Below are positions 30,220-43,636 of a DNA stretch of 64,000 nt, piece by piece (the stretch's first letter is position 1; each line of letters opens with the position of its first letter). The stretch is taken from contig OX597828.1 of the NCBI GenBank assembly GCA_951406725.2, positions 76,136,001 to 76,200,000 of the forward strand, in the 5' to 3' direction. The stretch is from Octopus vulgaris (taxonomy: Eukaryota). The translations under genes were made by a program, and so were the position numbers. The notes below the pieces were generated by a model that made no database searches, was not told where the DNA came from, and was given only the letters and a program-made list of their open reading frames with translations.

Positions 30220-31017
30220 TTATATATCAAGTAGATTTATGGTCAATTATAACGGGACCAGATTGTTGGCACCGAATTAATGGCTCACAATTGAAAGGAA
30301 GAATAATGAAGAAGGTTCTATAGACTTTCAAGCATGGCTTAATGTCTATAGGATATTAAGTACTCTGTCTTTCGTACCGAATTGAATCTGATGAAGTGTG
30401 CATGCCACGTACACATACACGCACACATACACAGACACACACGCACACAAAGAGGCTCTCTCTCACACACACGCGTGTGTGTGTGCATTTATATATCTAA
30501 ATTTGTGTATATACGAATATAAATTCTGTAAATGAGACAACAAATGTGACGTATTTGCTTTTAAAATTCTTATTAAAAACTAAGTATTTTACTATAAAGG
30601 ACAAATAATCCGCAGTATTAATTAAGGATATTGTTTAATTTTATTAAAATGTGTATTAGATTCGGTAGGCTGTTCGACGATAAATTCGCTATTTCACTAA
30701 GTTCCAGTAAGATCTCAAATCACAGCAATCGTAAGTTTCACTCAATATTTGATTGTTTCGAAGGTGGAGGAAACATAAAGGTCTAGGAAAGTTTCCATTT
30801 CTCTTGTTCTGCCGCACGATGCAGTCATTGGATTACGACCATACTGCAACATCGCTTCGAAGGGTTTAATCAAATAAATTGACACAATTATGCATTTTGA
30901 AGCCTTGTAATTATTCCATGTACCCACACGTCACTAAACCAATGCGGAAATAGAGGAAACACGCACGCATACACACATACAAACACACATATATGTGTGC
31001 GTAGGTGTGTGTGTGTA

Positions 31018-31062
<45 letters not shown>

Positions 31063-31280
31063 ATGTGTTGCTGTAAGGAGTGTTTTCCTCGAAGTTTTGG
31101 CCTAATAAATCCGTTGAGCACGTTTTGGCTGACCCCGGGTTATAGCAGAAACCTGTTAAAAACACCACTTTTGTGTTTAAATGTTCATTAATTTTATATG
31201 AAAAATATGTTGTCTATTGACTAGTTTATACACGCTAGCCACTAGTAGAAAAATTTCTATAATTTTTCCTGCCCTCTCTC

Positions 31281-31671
31281 TTTACTCTTTTACTTGTTTC
31301 AGTCATTTGACTGCGGCCATGCTGGAGCACCGCCTTTAGTCGAGCAACTCGACCCCGGGACTTACTCTTTTGTATGCCAGTACTTATTCTATCGGTCTCT
31401 GTTGCCGAACCGCTAAGTTACGGGAACGTAAACACACCAGCATCGGTTGTCAAGCAATGCTAGGGGACAAACACAGACACACAAACACACACACGCATAC
31501 ATATATATACATATATACGACGGGCTTCTTTGTACCAAATCCACTCACAAGGCATTGGTCGGCCTAAGGCTATAGTAGAAAACACTTGCCCAAGGTGCCA
31601 CGCAGTGGGACTGAACCCGAAACCATGTGGTTGGCAGACAAGCTACTTACCACACAGCCACTCCTGCGCCT
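31281..31671 (-). mobile_element. tRNA-derived CORE-like SINE family B, full-length
   Basis: Minus strand has head aggcgcaggagtggctgtgtggtaag, B-box ggttcagtccc, CORE-like ccttgggcaagtgt, an internal (TA)/(TG) tract, and tail ggcggtgctccagcatggccgcagtcaaatgactgaaac. Confidence 0.88.
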
Positions 31672-32129
31672 ATTTTCTTTATATGATTTTAGCAATTTTT
31701 GAAGTAAGTCGGCATTTTAATCGCTGCCGACTAAAACTGCGCTTGCGCAGTGGATTTGAAAGAATTATAATATATAGTCGATTTGTTCGACTAAAGGCGG
31801 TGCTCCAGCATAGCCGCAGCTAAATGACTGTAACAAATAAAAGATTTTTTTAAAATCCGGCAAACGGTAATTCGCAATACATCTCACGAGTAATTTTCAA
31901 TGAGGACCCAGGCCTCAAATTTATGATGCTGCTACTAAACCTGGAGAGACCGGGGATTACAACGACGGAAAGGATATTTGGCTCATTGGCATCAAGGTAT
32001 ACAAAATGATTTTAGTGTTTCTGTCCCACAGATGTTCTGCCTCCTTTCACACGATTGTATTCTTTACTATAACCACCTCTGTCCCACATTGGGGTCTTTC
32101 CAATTTTGGGACTTTTTTATTTTTTTTTA

Positions 32130-34160
32130 ATCTTTATTTATATCTAGTTTCAGCTCACAAGCTGTGGCCATGCTGGGGCACCGCCATTTGGTGTTGCTAC
32201 ATGATTTTACTTCACGAATGCTTTTTAGCAATTGCCATTTTGTGCATGAGAGAGTTCGATGCAGCTGCCCTCATCTGCATATCCTGCCGTGAAGTTGGTT
32301 CATCTGGGACACCTGACAAGAAGAGATCCAGTTTTATTTTAAAGACATCTGCATCCACCCCGTGCAGGTCTCTTAGGTTCTTCGGGAGGATATTGAAGAG
32401 CTGTGGGCCTCGGAAGCCCAGGCTATTACAGTATCTTGTCCTACATCTTGATGGCAAATTTGGAGTCCTTGGCACTGTGCAGTGGCGCCCAGTTCTGGCA
32501 TTTGTACAACTCTCGATGCCAAAGTTTGGGACAAGTCCTTCTAGGATCTTCCAGATGTATATTATGGCATATCTTTCTCGCCTACGCTCCAAGGAATAGA
32601 GTTTTAATCTCTTGAGTCTTTCCCAGTAGCTTATATGCTACACAGAGGCTATCTTCTTCATGTAGCTTCTTTGGATCGCCTCAAGTTCTGTAATTATCTT
32701 GACACTGGATGGTGACCATCGCTGAGAGCAATAGTCAAAGTGGCTTAGGACAAGTGTCCTCCAGAGGACCATCATGGTTTCCTGGTCTCTTATTCGAAAG
32801 GTTCTAAGAATCCATCCGGTCAGCCGCCTACATTTCATTGCCAATTTAGCAACATGCAGATGAAAGGTTGCATCATCAGTCATGTAAATACTCAGGTCTC
32901 GCACTGATTGTGCCTCTGGGATTGCAATCCATCCAGGTCCAGTGTATTTATTGGGTATTGCATTTAGTTTTGCATGCTGATAGCATAAAGCTTGAAACTT
33001 TTCAGCATTGAACTGCATGCTTTTCTTTTCATCCCACTTGTATATTTTGTCCAGCTAACTTTGCAGGTGCTTAGTGTCTTCAGGGTTCTGTATTGCCTGT
33101 GAAACTTTTGTATCATCTGCATAACTTGTGATCGTGGCTCTCTGCGTGGCTGAGGGCATGTCTGAGAGGGCCATTATGAACAGTAGTGGTCCCAAAACAG
33201 TGCCTTGCGGAACACCGCTCACTATTTGCGTGTTAATGGAAGTGGCTACTACCACCTGACTTCTATCCTTCAGAAAGTCATGAAGCCATTCTCCCAAGTT
33301 TCCAACTATGTTGAGATCACGCAGTTTGTGACATATCATTCCATGATCGACTTTATCAAAGGCCTTTGCAAAGTCGAGATATATGACTTCCACATTTTAG
33401 TGGTTGAGCAGTCGTTTCTGCACCCAGTTATAGTGTTGTAGGAGCTGAGTTAAGCAGCTTCTTCCTGGTCGGAAACCGTGTTGGGTGTCAGGCAGCAAGT
33501 CATTTTCTTCAAGGAGGGTGATTAGTTTCCTTCTGACTATTCGTTCCATGACCTTGCTGATATGTGAGGTCAGAGAGATAGGTCTGTAGTTCTTGGCCTC
33601 CGCTCTGCTACCTCCTTTATGAATAGGGCATATTTTACCTTCCTTCAGTTTTCTTGGGAGTTTACCAGTTGCAAAGAAGCTCTGAAAGAGGAACTGCAGT
33701 GGTCTTGCTAGGACTCTCTTACTTACTTTTAGAAGGATTGCTGGGAATCCATCGGGGCCAGTAGCTGAGTCTGTTTTCATTTCATCTATAGCCTTTATTA
33801 CATCGTCTTCCTTTATATTGATGTAATCAATCATCGCTGCCTCTGATTTTATATCTGCAGTGGTAAATAAGTCAGTTGGATTGCTGACTTGAAAATGCCC
33901 TAGGGGTGGAATGAAAATACTCTTAAATTCATCATTTAGTATTTCACTTACCCTCATTGGATTTCCTGTGAGTGTGCCATCCTTTTCAAAGAGTGGCCCT
34001 ATCCTACAGTGCACTGTAGCTGTTTCTTTGGCATACCTGTAAAAAGCTCTGAGGTTAGATTTTTTGTTGTCTATAGCCCAGGCTTCTTTGTCTGCTCTTT
34101 CTTTTTCATGGGAGAGTTGCAGACATTTTTCAATTTCCAACAGTTTTATTTTCAGGCAGG
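32130..34160 (-). mobile_element. 5'-truncated CR1-like LINE ORF2 (RT), frameshifted
   Basis: Four consecutive minus ORFs (33397-34140, 33055-33393, 32638-33018, 32212-32592) carry GPDG, NYRPISLTS, QHGFRPGRSC, YLDFAKAFDKVDH, GVPQGTVLGPLLF, YADD and ERRRER. It belongs to the same group as 13060-14148. Confidence 0.93.
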
Positions 34161-34186
34161 ACTCTTCACTTCCTGAAAATGTATAT

Positions 34187-34460
34187 ATTTTCTACAACAA
34201 ACGTGCTGCCCCACCCCTCACTCTCTCTGTCTCTCTCGATTGTTCATCTTTTCTACAAGCGTGTCTGTCCCCATATATGCTGTCTCCCCTGTCTCCGAAT
34301 TGAATACATTTTTTACGACAGTCTCCGCCTCACAGATATGCTCTCTTTTTTCAAGATTGTGTACATTTACTAAAAACGCCTCCGTCCCACAGTCACCCTA
34401 TTTCCTCTCTCTCTCAATTGAAAACGTTTACAACAACTGTTCTTCTCCCGCAGACGAACC
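34187..34460. repeat. Degenerate ~55-60 bp minisatellite, ~4.5 units
   Basis: Recurring ttt(c)tacaa..gt(c/g)..(c/t)gtccc(c)a..ctctct..attg pattern at about 34187, 34249, 34311, 34367 and 34427. Confidence 0.5.
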
Positions 34461-34988
34461 GTTTACTTTCTCTTGGTTTTACACAATGGTCTCCACTTCC
34501 GTTGGTTGATCCCCACAAAAGCATTCTCTTCGCCTTTACTTTTCCCATTCTTCCCATTTTGTATAAACAACCGCCAGGTATTGCTCTAACCTCAGCAGTC
34601 AGCCATTTCTTTTGCACGACACGTGATTGTCCTACAATATTTTAACCGGGATGGAAACATCGTCAACCACGCTGGAAATAAATACAAACACCTTTGATAT
34701 TGACACTCCCAGGCGAAATTAACCGAAAATGTTTCAATGTTTATGCGTATGCATGCGTACGTGCGTGTGTGTTTGTGTGTGTGTGTGTGCATGCGTGTTT
34801 GTGCCTGTCTGAGTGTGTTCGTGTACGTGTATGTGTGTGCGTTCGTGTCTGTGATGTGCGTTTGTGTGTGTTTGTCAATGTTGTTATGAATGAATGTGCT
34901 GCTAAAAGAGTGTCTCGTTTGTGTGTAAGCATCAACGACTCACAGATTGCAAAGGCGGTGTCTAATCTTTGAGCGAGTACATTCACCA

Positions 34989-35040
<52 letters not shown>

Positions 35041-35363
35041 GTATATTACACCCTATCTAAGTATCTACGTATATAAAAGAGTGGAATATAATAGAATCTC
35101 TTTAGAAAATATTCTAAAGCCTGCTATTGTACTCAGTTATATCGTACTTATAATGGAGTTCATACGCAAGTGAACTAAGTCGACACAAATTAAATTTTAA
35201 GTAGCTGTTTCGTTTTACAAAAACAAACAAAAACGGACACTTTTTTTTTAATCGTGTTCACAATGCGTTTTTCACAGTAACATAATGCTTCAGCCTTTGT
35301 TTACTACAATACTCCAACGATTCAGTTTGCTGTTCTCTCTTGCCGGCTTTTTTTCCTTCTTGT

Positions 35364-35443
<80 letters not shown>

Positions 35444-35459
35444 TACTATTATTATTATG

Positions 35460-35526
<67 letters not shown>

Positions 35527-35879
35527 TTAGTTTTTTTTTTCCTAAAAATTGTCGATAACTGCGGAGGAAATTGAATTTAGTGTTATTATGTTGATTCTAT
35601 GTCTGAGTGTATGTGGACACATAGGTGCATGTGTGGGTCTATAGTGTGTGTGCGTGTGTGTAATATGTATGTATTTGCGTACGTGTGTGTGTACGTCTGT
35701 GTGTATGTGTTCTTCTGAGTGTGTGTGTGTGTGTAAGGGAAAGTGAGCAAGATATTTCTATTGATTTACCTCTTAAGTTGTGTGTTTGTTAGATTAAATA
35801 TCCTTCTATACAAAATGTGAGAATTCAGTCCATACACACACACATACATATATATATATGCACATACATATATATATAA

Positions 35880-36002
<123 letters not shown>

Positions 36003-36580
36003 TATACATACATACGTCTGTCGATTTCTCGATTATAAAACATGTTTAATCAGAATCTTCCTAATGAACCAACGTATACACATACATACGAACACTCACA
36101 CACACGCACACACGCACACACACACGCACATACTATATACATATATATGTATATATGTGTGTGCGTGTGTACGTGTGTTGATATACTTATATACGAACAT
36201 ATATATGTATATATACGCATATAAATATATATATACACACACACTTACGCACACCATTTATATACATATATACGTATATGCATTCTTATATAAATATATA
36301 TATCTCAGTGTGTGTGTGTGTATAAAGATGGAGAGGGACTTTCAACAATAAGTATATTCTCACAGTTCCCCACTTTATTATGGCTGTCTTCATTCTTTAT
36401 GTGTGTGTGTGTGTGTCTAGATGTGAGCGCGTGTGTTTTCAAATAAGTGAAATTATATAATGTTTACAAGTTTGTATTAAATCTAAATTAGATTTGAAAA
36501 TTGATTTTTCAGTTTGTTCGCTGGCCGGGTATTTAGGTTGAATGGGAATTTAATTTACACACACGCATACACCCGCACCC

Positions 36581-36660
<80 letters not shown>

Positions 36661-36857
36661 GTAGATGCACACATACCTATAGCCAAATATACACTAAAAT
36701 ACATTTATAGTATACAATATATGTTTATATATTTATTTTAAATGTCTGTGTTTGAATGTGTGCACATATCTACGCGTCTATATCAATTTGTCTATTCACA
36801 CGCAACACACGCATACATATGTGTTTAGATATGTATAAGCATATTGAAATATACATG

Positions 36858-36894
<37 letters not shown>

Positions 36895-36920
36895 GTATAC
36901 ACACATATGTATATATACAT

Positions 36921-36993
<73 letters not shown>

Positions 36994-37974
36994 TAGATAT
37001 ATAGATATGAACATATATAAGTGTGCATCTGAATTTATCATAGCTGAATAGTTAAGTAGTTCTCTTGGCATTCAGAAGGTCGCGGGTTCGTTCCAACTAC
37101 AAGTCATCTTGGTGAAGATTCTCTTAGTATTACAATAGGTCGGTACATCTCTTGTGGAAACTGTGTGGTATCCAGTTTAATGAAAAAGTAGTACGGAGAC
37201 CCCCGCTTTGTCATACTTTCTGCTTCACCGATATTGTTTGAGTATTAGTGTAACCGTTGTGCATACGCTTACTGAATACTCAGACACCACAGTTAAACAA
37301 GTATTTCCGTGAACGATAAACACGAAACAGTAATATTTCCCTCGTAACATGTCCGTCCATGCATCGATACAGAACTTCATACAAGCACACACTCATACAC
37401 AAACAGAAGGAAAGGACATGCACTCGAAGACGCACATAAATCGTCACAGATGCCCTCAGTCATACAAACTGACATACATTACCGGGAACATGATGACTTG
37501 GGAGCCTCAATACAATATCTGAATCTGCAAGACATTTCAACCACAATCCCCTTAATTTATAACCTACTGTCTAAAAATGGAAGCACATTGTTATGAAAGG
37601 TCAGTGTGGTCACGGATGGATCGTATTTCATCATATTTTTGTATGCTCGAGGTTGATGTAGATCCGAACCAGAACACGTAACTTTGATAAGGAGCATTCA
37701 TTCAACCGAAAACTCGGCTTTATATTGTTGTTTCGCCATAGACTATCAGTGGTGGAGTACATCTAGCATTAAAGTTATTCAACCGTGACCATGCCACCAA
37801 TTTTATCAAGCACAGTATATCAAGAATCCCATCAATTAGGGTGGCTAAAATTTACAGCCAAAAAAGGTAGATCGACTTAAAGAGCAAGGAGAACTTGAAG
37901 AACCGAACGTTCCATGTAACAAGCAGAAGGAAAAATACAAATTGGCGATGCGTGAATGTGTGCACAATATACGC

Positions 37975-38815
<841 letters not shown>

Positions 38816-39046
38816 TAAAATATAAAAAATAAGAAGCACCATTCGACTTGTAATCTGCAAAGTATAGTGTGTGTTTCTATATGCGCTTCGAAAACCACCA
38901 AATACTGGCACATTAAAGTTTGATACATTTAGGAAGCTGACATTACTTTTAAATCTAACACTCAGCTAGCTATTTGCTAATTAGAATCTACAGTGGCATT
39001 AACTGGAATAGCAACGAGAGAGCAAAATTACATTCACCAAATGTTA

Positions 39047-39100
<54 letters not shown>

Positions 39101-39142
39101 TTGTTTTCTGTTACTTTGAATTTGTTGCGTTGTAGTAGTATC

Positions 39143-39177
<35 letters not shown>

Positions 39178-39180
39178 AAC

Positions 39181-39293
39181 GAAGAAGAAGAAGAAGAAGA
39201 AGAAGAAGAAGAAGAAGAAGAAGAAGAAGAAGAAGAAGAAGAAGAAGAAGAAGAAGAAGAAGAAGAAGAAGAAGAAGAAGAAGAAGAAGAAGA
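39181..39293. repeat. (GAA)n microsatellite
   Basis: Read directly. It is the source of the poly-K/F/S pseudo-ORFs. Confidence 0.95.
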
Positions 39294-40600
39294 GTGTTTC
39301 ACTAAATATGGAATAAAGTAGAGAAACAATTTTGTGCTTAAAAAAAATCAATAGTTATTTTTTGCTTCATTTGCAGTTTATTTGTGTGTTTTTTTCATGT
39401 ATTTCGTCATAATCTACTTCTCCAAAATAAATTTTAAATGTAATGAACATTAATGTGTGTGTTTGTATTAGTGTGTGTGTACATGTGTGTGTCTATGTGC
39501 TTGTGTGTGTCTATGTGGATGTGTGTGTATGTGTCTTTGTTTGTGTACACGTTTGTGCGAGTCGGGGTGAAACATATGGTACCTTAATGAAGCTGCTTGC
39601 AGGGAAATATCTCTGGCGAAGTGCAGAAGACATGCGCATTAAATGCAACTTACTTAGAAAGTTAAACTATGATGACAAAGATTTATGGCCGCCCCTTTAA
39701 TAACTATGTATTATGTTTACTATATCACGCTAAAACACTCACCAAGGGGCACATAGAAACTCAGCTACGCACGTACACACAGACACACACACATCTGTAA
39801 ATATGTGTATAAATGTATATACATATATATATATGTATGTATATAAATATATATATATATATATGTATAGATCTATATGTATATGTATCTATCTATAGAT
39901 ATATACATGTATGTACACAAATGCACACATGTCTATGTACATACAATTGTGTATATATATGTATGTAAATATATATGTATGCATATATGTATATATGTGG
40001 GTATATATATATATGCATACACACACATATATATGTGTATATATATACGCACACACACCATCTCGACGAAATGACAATTACTGTCTAAAATGGCTGTCAT
40101 TTAAAGGAAATGTGATGCAAACTTCAAATATTTCACTGATAGATTGGTAATAATAGAAACAAAAAATGTAAGTGCTACCATTTAGGATTGTAGGCATCCA
40201 ATGATGTGACAGTCATAACAACGTGTCACGCAAGGGTCAAAAGTTGAAAGGCAATATGTCACATTCACAACTCGCGCAGACGAAGTAAAGGGAAAAAAAT
40301 CGAAAACAAATCTAAGAAAAAATCACGGTAAAATCTAATTTAGTTTTGAAACATATTTAAAATGGCTGACCTCGTTAGTAGAATGTTTTCCTTAATGAAT
40401 TTTATATTCGTTTATATTTTGTGTCTGTTTGAAAATAGCATAATTATCAAGGTTGAGTGATAGTGTGAAGGGTTACCAATTTGAAAGGTTGCAGGTTCGA
40501 TTCCTCCAAACGTTGTCATAATTCCACTATCGTATATATTCCAATATACTATAGTAATATATATAGTGCGTTCAATGAGAATAATTATCCATTGCTGGTG

Positions 40601-41292
40601 TAGGCACCAAATCAGAAATTTAAAGTGACGGGTCACTTGATTACATCGATCCAAGTACTTGATTGGTACCTACTTTATCGACCCAGAAATGTTAAAAGTC
40701 AAAATCGACCTCAGTGGAATTTGAACTTAAGAAATATAGAAAGACGAGATGTTGCTAAGCATTTTGTCCGCTGTGCTAACGATTGTACCAGCTCAGCGCC
40801 TTGGTGGTTCATATTTTGGCACAGGGCCAGTAATTGCAAGTGGAAGGGGTTAGTGAAAGGAATTAAACCGAATGCCGTAATTCACTGCTATTTTATTTTA
40901 AGGACCTCGGAAAGGAGAAGGGCAAAGTAGATCTCTGCCAGATTTTGAACTCAGAAATTAAAGAACCAGAAGAAAACGGAGCAAGTTATTTACTTCGACT
41001 CGTTAAAGATTATTGCTTTCGCATCAATAATAACGTCTAACACAGGCAAAAATAATAATTTCTGCTACATGCAAGCATACAATGTCAGATATTATTCTAC
41101 TGGAGAAGAAACAGTCAAACGTACGTCTCTGTTCGGTCCTCGGAAGGATGAGAGCAAGGTTTCAGTATGGTACAACCGAACGATCGATACCAAAGCATGA
41201 CTGCTACTTATTTTGTCTACTCTGGAACTTAGAAATATCAAAGGTGACCTCCACGGGGTTTCGACTCGGAAGATAAAGGACCACAACTAATT
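40601..41292 (-). mobile_element. Cluster of three head-to-tail degenerate SINE family A copies
   Basis: Copies at ~40601-40802, ~40818-41020 and ~41170-41292 each carry the tact..ttt.tcgacc..aaagtcgacctc..ttgaactc pattern. Confidence 0.65.
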
Positions 41293-41769
41293 ACAATGAG
41301 ACTATAAAGAATTCTTTTCATTCAAGTTTTTATATAAAAACATTGGCTCAGAGCTGCTGCCAGTGATAACCCGGGTAGATGTCTACTGCTTTATTTCATC
41401 TCCCGGAAATGAAATCGCAGGATGAAAAAATCACTGAGAATGCTATCAGAACTGGTTAGAAAAAAAATTGGCATTGCATGAAAAAAGAAGAAAATACAAT
41501 AATAGTTAAAGAACTATAGCGATAGATTAAATGGTTAAACAAAATATTTAAGCAAAGACTCAGTGATGTACGCAATAGCAATACAATTGGTATAACAATG
41601 TCACAAAAGTGAACAAAATATCACAGTTTATTTACCGTATTTGCTGGTATATAAGACACAATCCTGTCCCCAAATGCCTGTCTATGTTCTGTATATGCTC
41701 TGCTAAAATTGAAATGTCCCTAACATATCCATGCGCTTTTTTACAATTGAATACGGTAATTGTTGTCGT

Positions 41770-42686
41770 CGACATATATCGTGCGTCTACAACGCATTGA
41801 TGACATTATAACGAAAATCTTCCCGATTAAGCATGAGTTCTCCGGCTGCCTTGCCTCTGTTGGTCAACCATCTCTTTATATTGTCCATCCATTGCGTTCT
41901 TTGTCAGCCTCTTCATCTTCTACCCTCTACTCTTTCTTCTATGATAATGTTTTCCAGACCTCTGCTTCTTTGGCTATGGCCGTTCTAGATGATCTTTTGG
42001 TTTTTCACAATGTTCAGGAGTTGTCTTTCACCAACCTGTTGTAACAGTCGCTCTTTTGTCCGATTGATCCTTGTAAAAGAATCCCAACATTCTCCTATAT
42101 ACCCACGTTTCAAAAGCATCAATTATTTTCTCTTCAAATTTGTTCAGGGTCTACGCTTTAGAACCATTAATGTCTATTGGTCAAATGAACAATCACACCA
42201 GACTTGTTTTAAGCTTTACTGAGATACTTTTGCTGGCGCACATACTATCAAGCTTGTCCATTGACATTCTCCCCATGGTTAGCCGTCTTCTAATCTCTTT
42301 CTTACACGTGATTTCCTCAGAGACTTGTGCTCCAAGGCATTTGTACAATTCAACCTGCTCGAGCCTCTCATCACCCACTTTGATATTAGCATTTACTTTC
42401 TCTTTTCCTACAAATTTGACGTTTATTTCCTTATGGATGAGATAAAGCCAATGCGTAATTGAGACATTTAAAACTCTATTTATCATTTCTTGTAGTCCAG
42501 TTGCATTCTTCGCGGTTCGAACAGTATCGATTAGCCATACATTTTGATGCTGTCTTCTTCCTGGATTGCTCCTTGCGTTACCAACTGAGAATAGATGTTG
42601 AACAAGCATGGAGAAAGAAAACAACCCTGATGAATTCAGCTCCAACTTTTGAACTCTGCTGTTTTCTTATTATTTACCTGAGCGCA
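41770..42686 (-). mobile_element. RTE-like LINE RT 3' portion, degenerate
   Basis: Minus frames give HQGCFLSPCLFNIYS, LEQVELYKCLGAQV..CKKEIRRRL and VEGRR*RG*QRTQWMDNIKRW, which are RTE-clade RT and C-terminal motifs. Confidence 0.8.
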
Positions 42687-42689
42687 GGA

Positions 42690-42983
42690 CTCCTGCTGAA
42701 TATCAATCTTCGTGATAAACCTTCGGAATGCCGAGACTAGACATGATGAGCAATGTGCTGATACAGTTTGAATAGTCAAAGGCCTCAACTAAAGAAGATG
42801 CTGGCTTTAGAAGCGGAAGTGACACTAAATATCATCTGTACAGTCTCCACACAATTTTAGAAAACAGAGAAGAGCACCCAGCCTTGCAACCATTCTTTTT
42901 GCATTATTAGCTGCAGAAAGGCCTTGTGGAAAGCTAAAAATGAGATAATGCACGTAATAAAACAACTAAATACAAAAACAAAA
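42690..42983 (+). mobile_element. Inverted 5' segment of the same RTE-like RT
   Basis: Plus frame gives EDAGFRSGSDTKYHLYSLHTILEN, like RTE EQAGFRxGRSTxDxIFxLxxIIE. It continues ..KALWKA..HVIKQLNTKTK. Confidence 0.65.
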
Positions 42984-43434
42984 CATGAAATCTGTGATTT
43001 ATAGAAGTCTTTCAGTGACATTTGTTTTTTCTTGGATTCATTTTACCGAGTCTGGAAAGATGAGGCCTGAATGTAACGAGAACGAGATTCGAACTCAGGA
43101 GTTAAACTTTGTAATTCCGACCGAAAAGCCACGACAACTAGAATCAGTCTTACACTGCGCTGAACTTTTTAACTTTATCGAATTAATCTGCAGCCGAAGT
43201 TTGTAAACACAAGGAATAAATATTTCATATCTATCTTGCTTTCGTTCATCTGTGTATTGCATGAGCTTCAGACATTAAAATCATTTGAATATTATCGACT
43301 TCATTTATTTAAATCAGTTTATTATTGCGCAACAGCAGCGGAAAACGTAAGGACGTTGACTTGAAGGAAAAATCCAAAGTGAATCACGAAGAATCAGCAA
43401 CAGCATTTCTTCAACAACAAAGATTCTTTCTAAT

Positions 43435-43636
43435 TTTGACCCAAAGTCAGCAGATTTTAGAGGAAAGGAAAGTCGATTAGATCGACTACAGGGCTTAAAT
43501 GGTATTCGTTTTAGCGACCTCGACAGACACGCAAAGTCGCCATGGGGATCATTCGAACTCAGAACATAAAGAACCGAAACAAAATGCCGCAAGCATTTTG
43601 TTCTGCGCAATAACGATTCCACCAGGTCACCGCCTT
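43435..43636 (-). mobile_element. SINE family A copy
   Basis: gtcgattagatcgac..ttcgaactcagaac..aagcattttg..taacgattccaccaggtcaccgcctt. Confidence 0.7.

Noticed and set aside
30388-30415. CTGATGA followed by gtg..cac hairpin
   Set aside because: The GAAA box and cleavage site are absent. At best it is a dead remnant.
39560-39720. Unique island with a TTTATGG homeodomain-like site, possible enhancer
   Set aside because: A single short motif is expected by chance, and conservation data would be needed.
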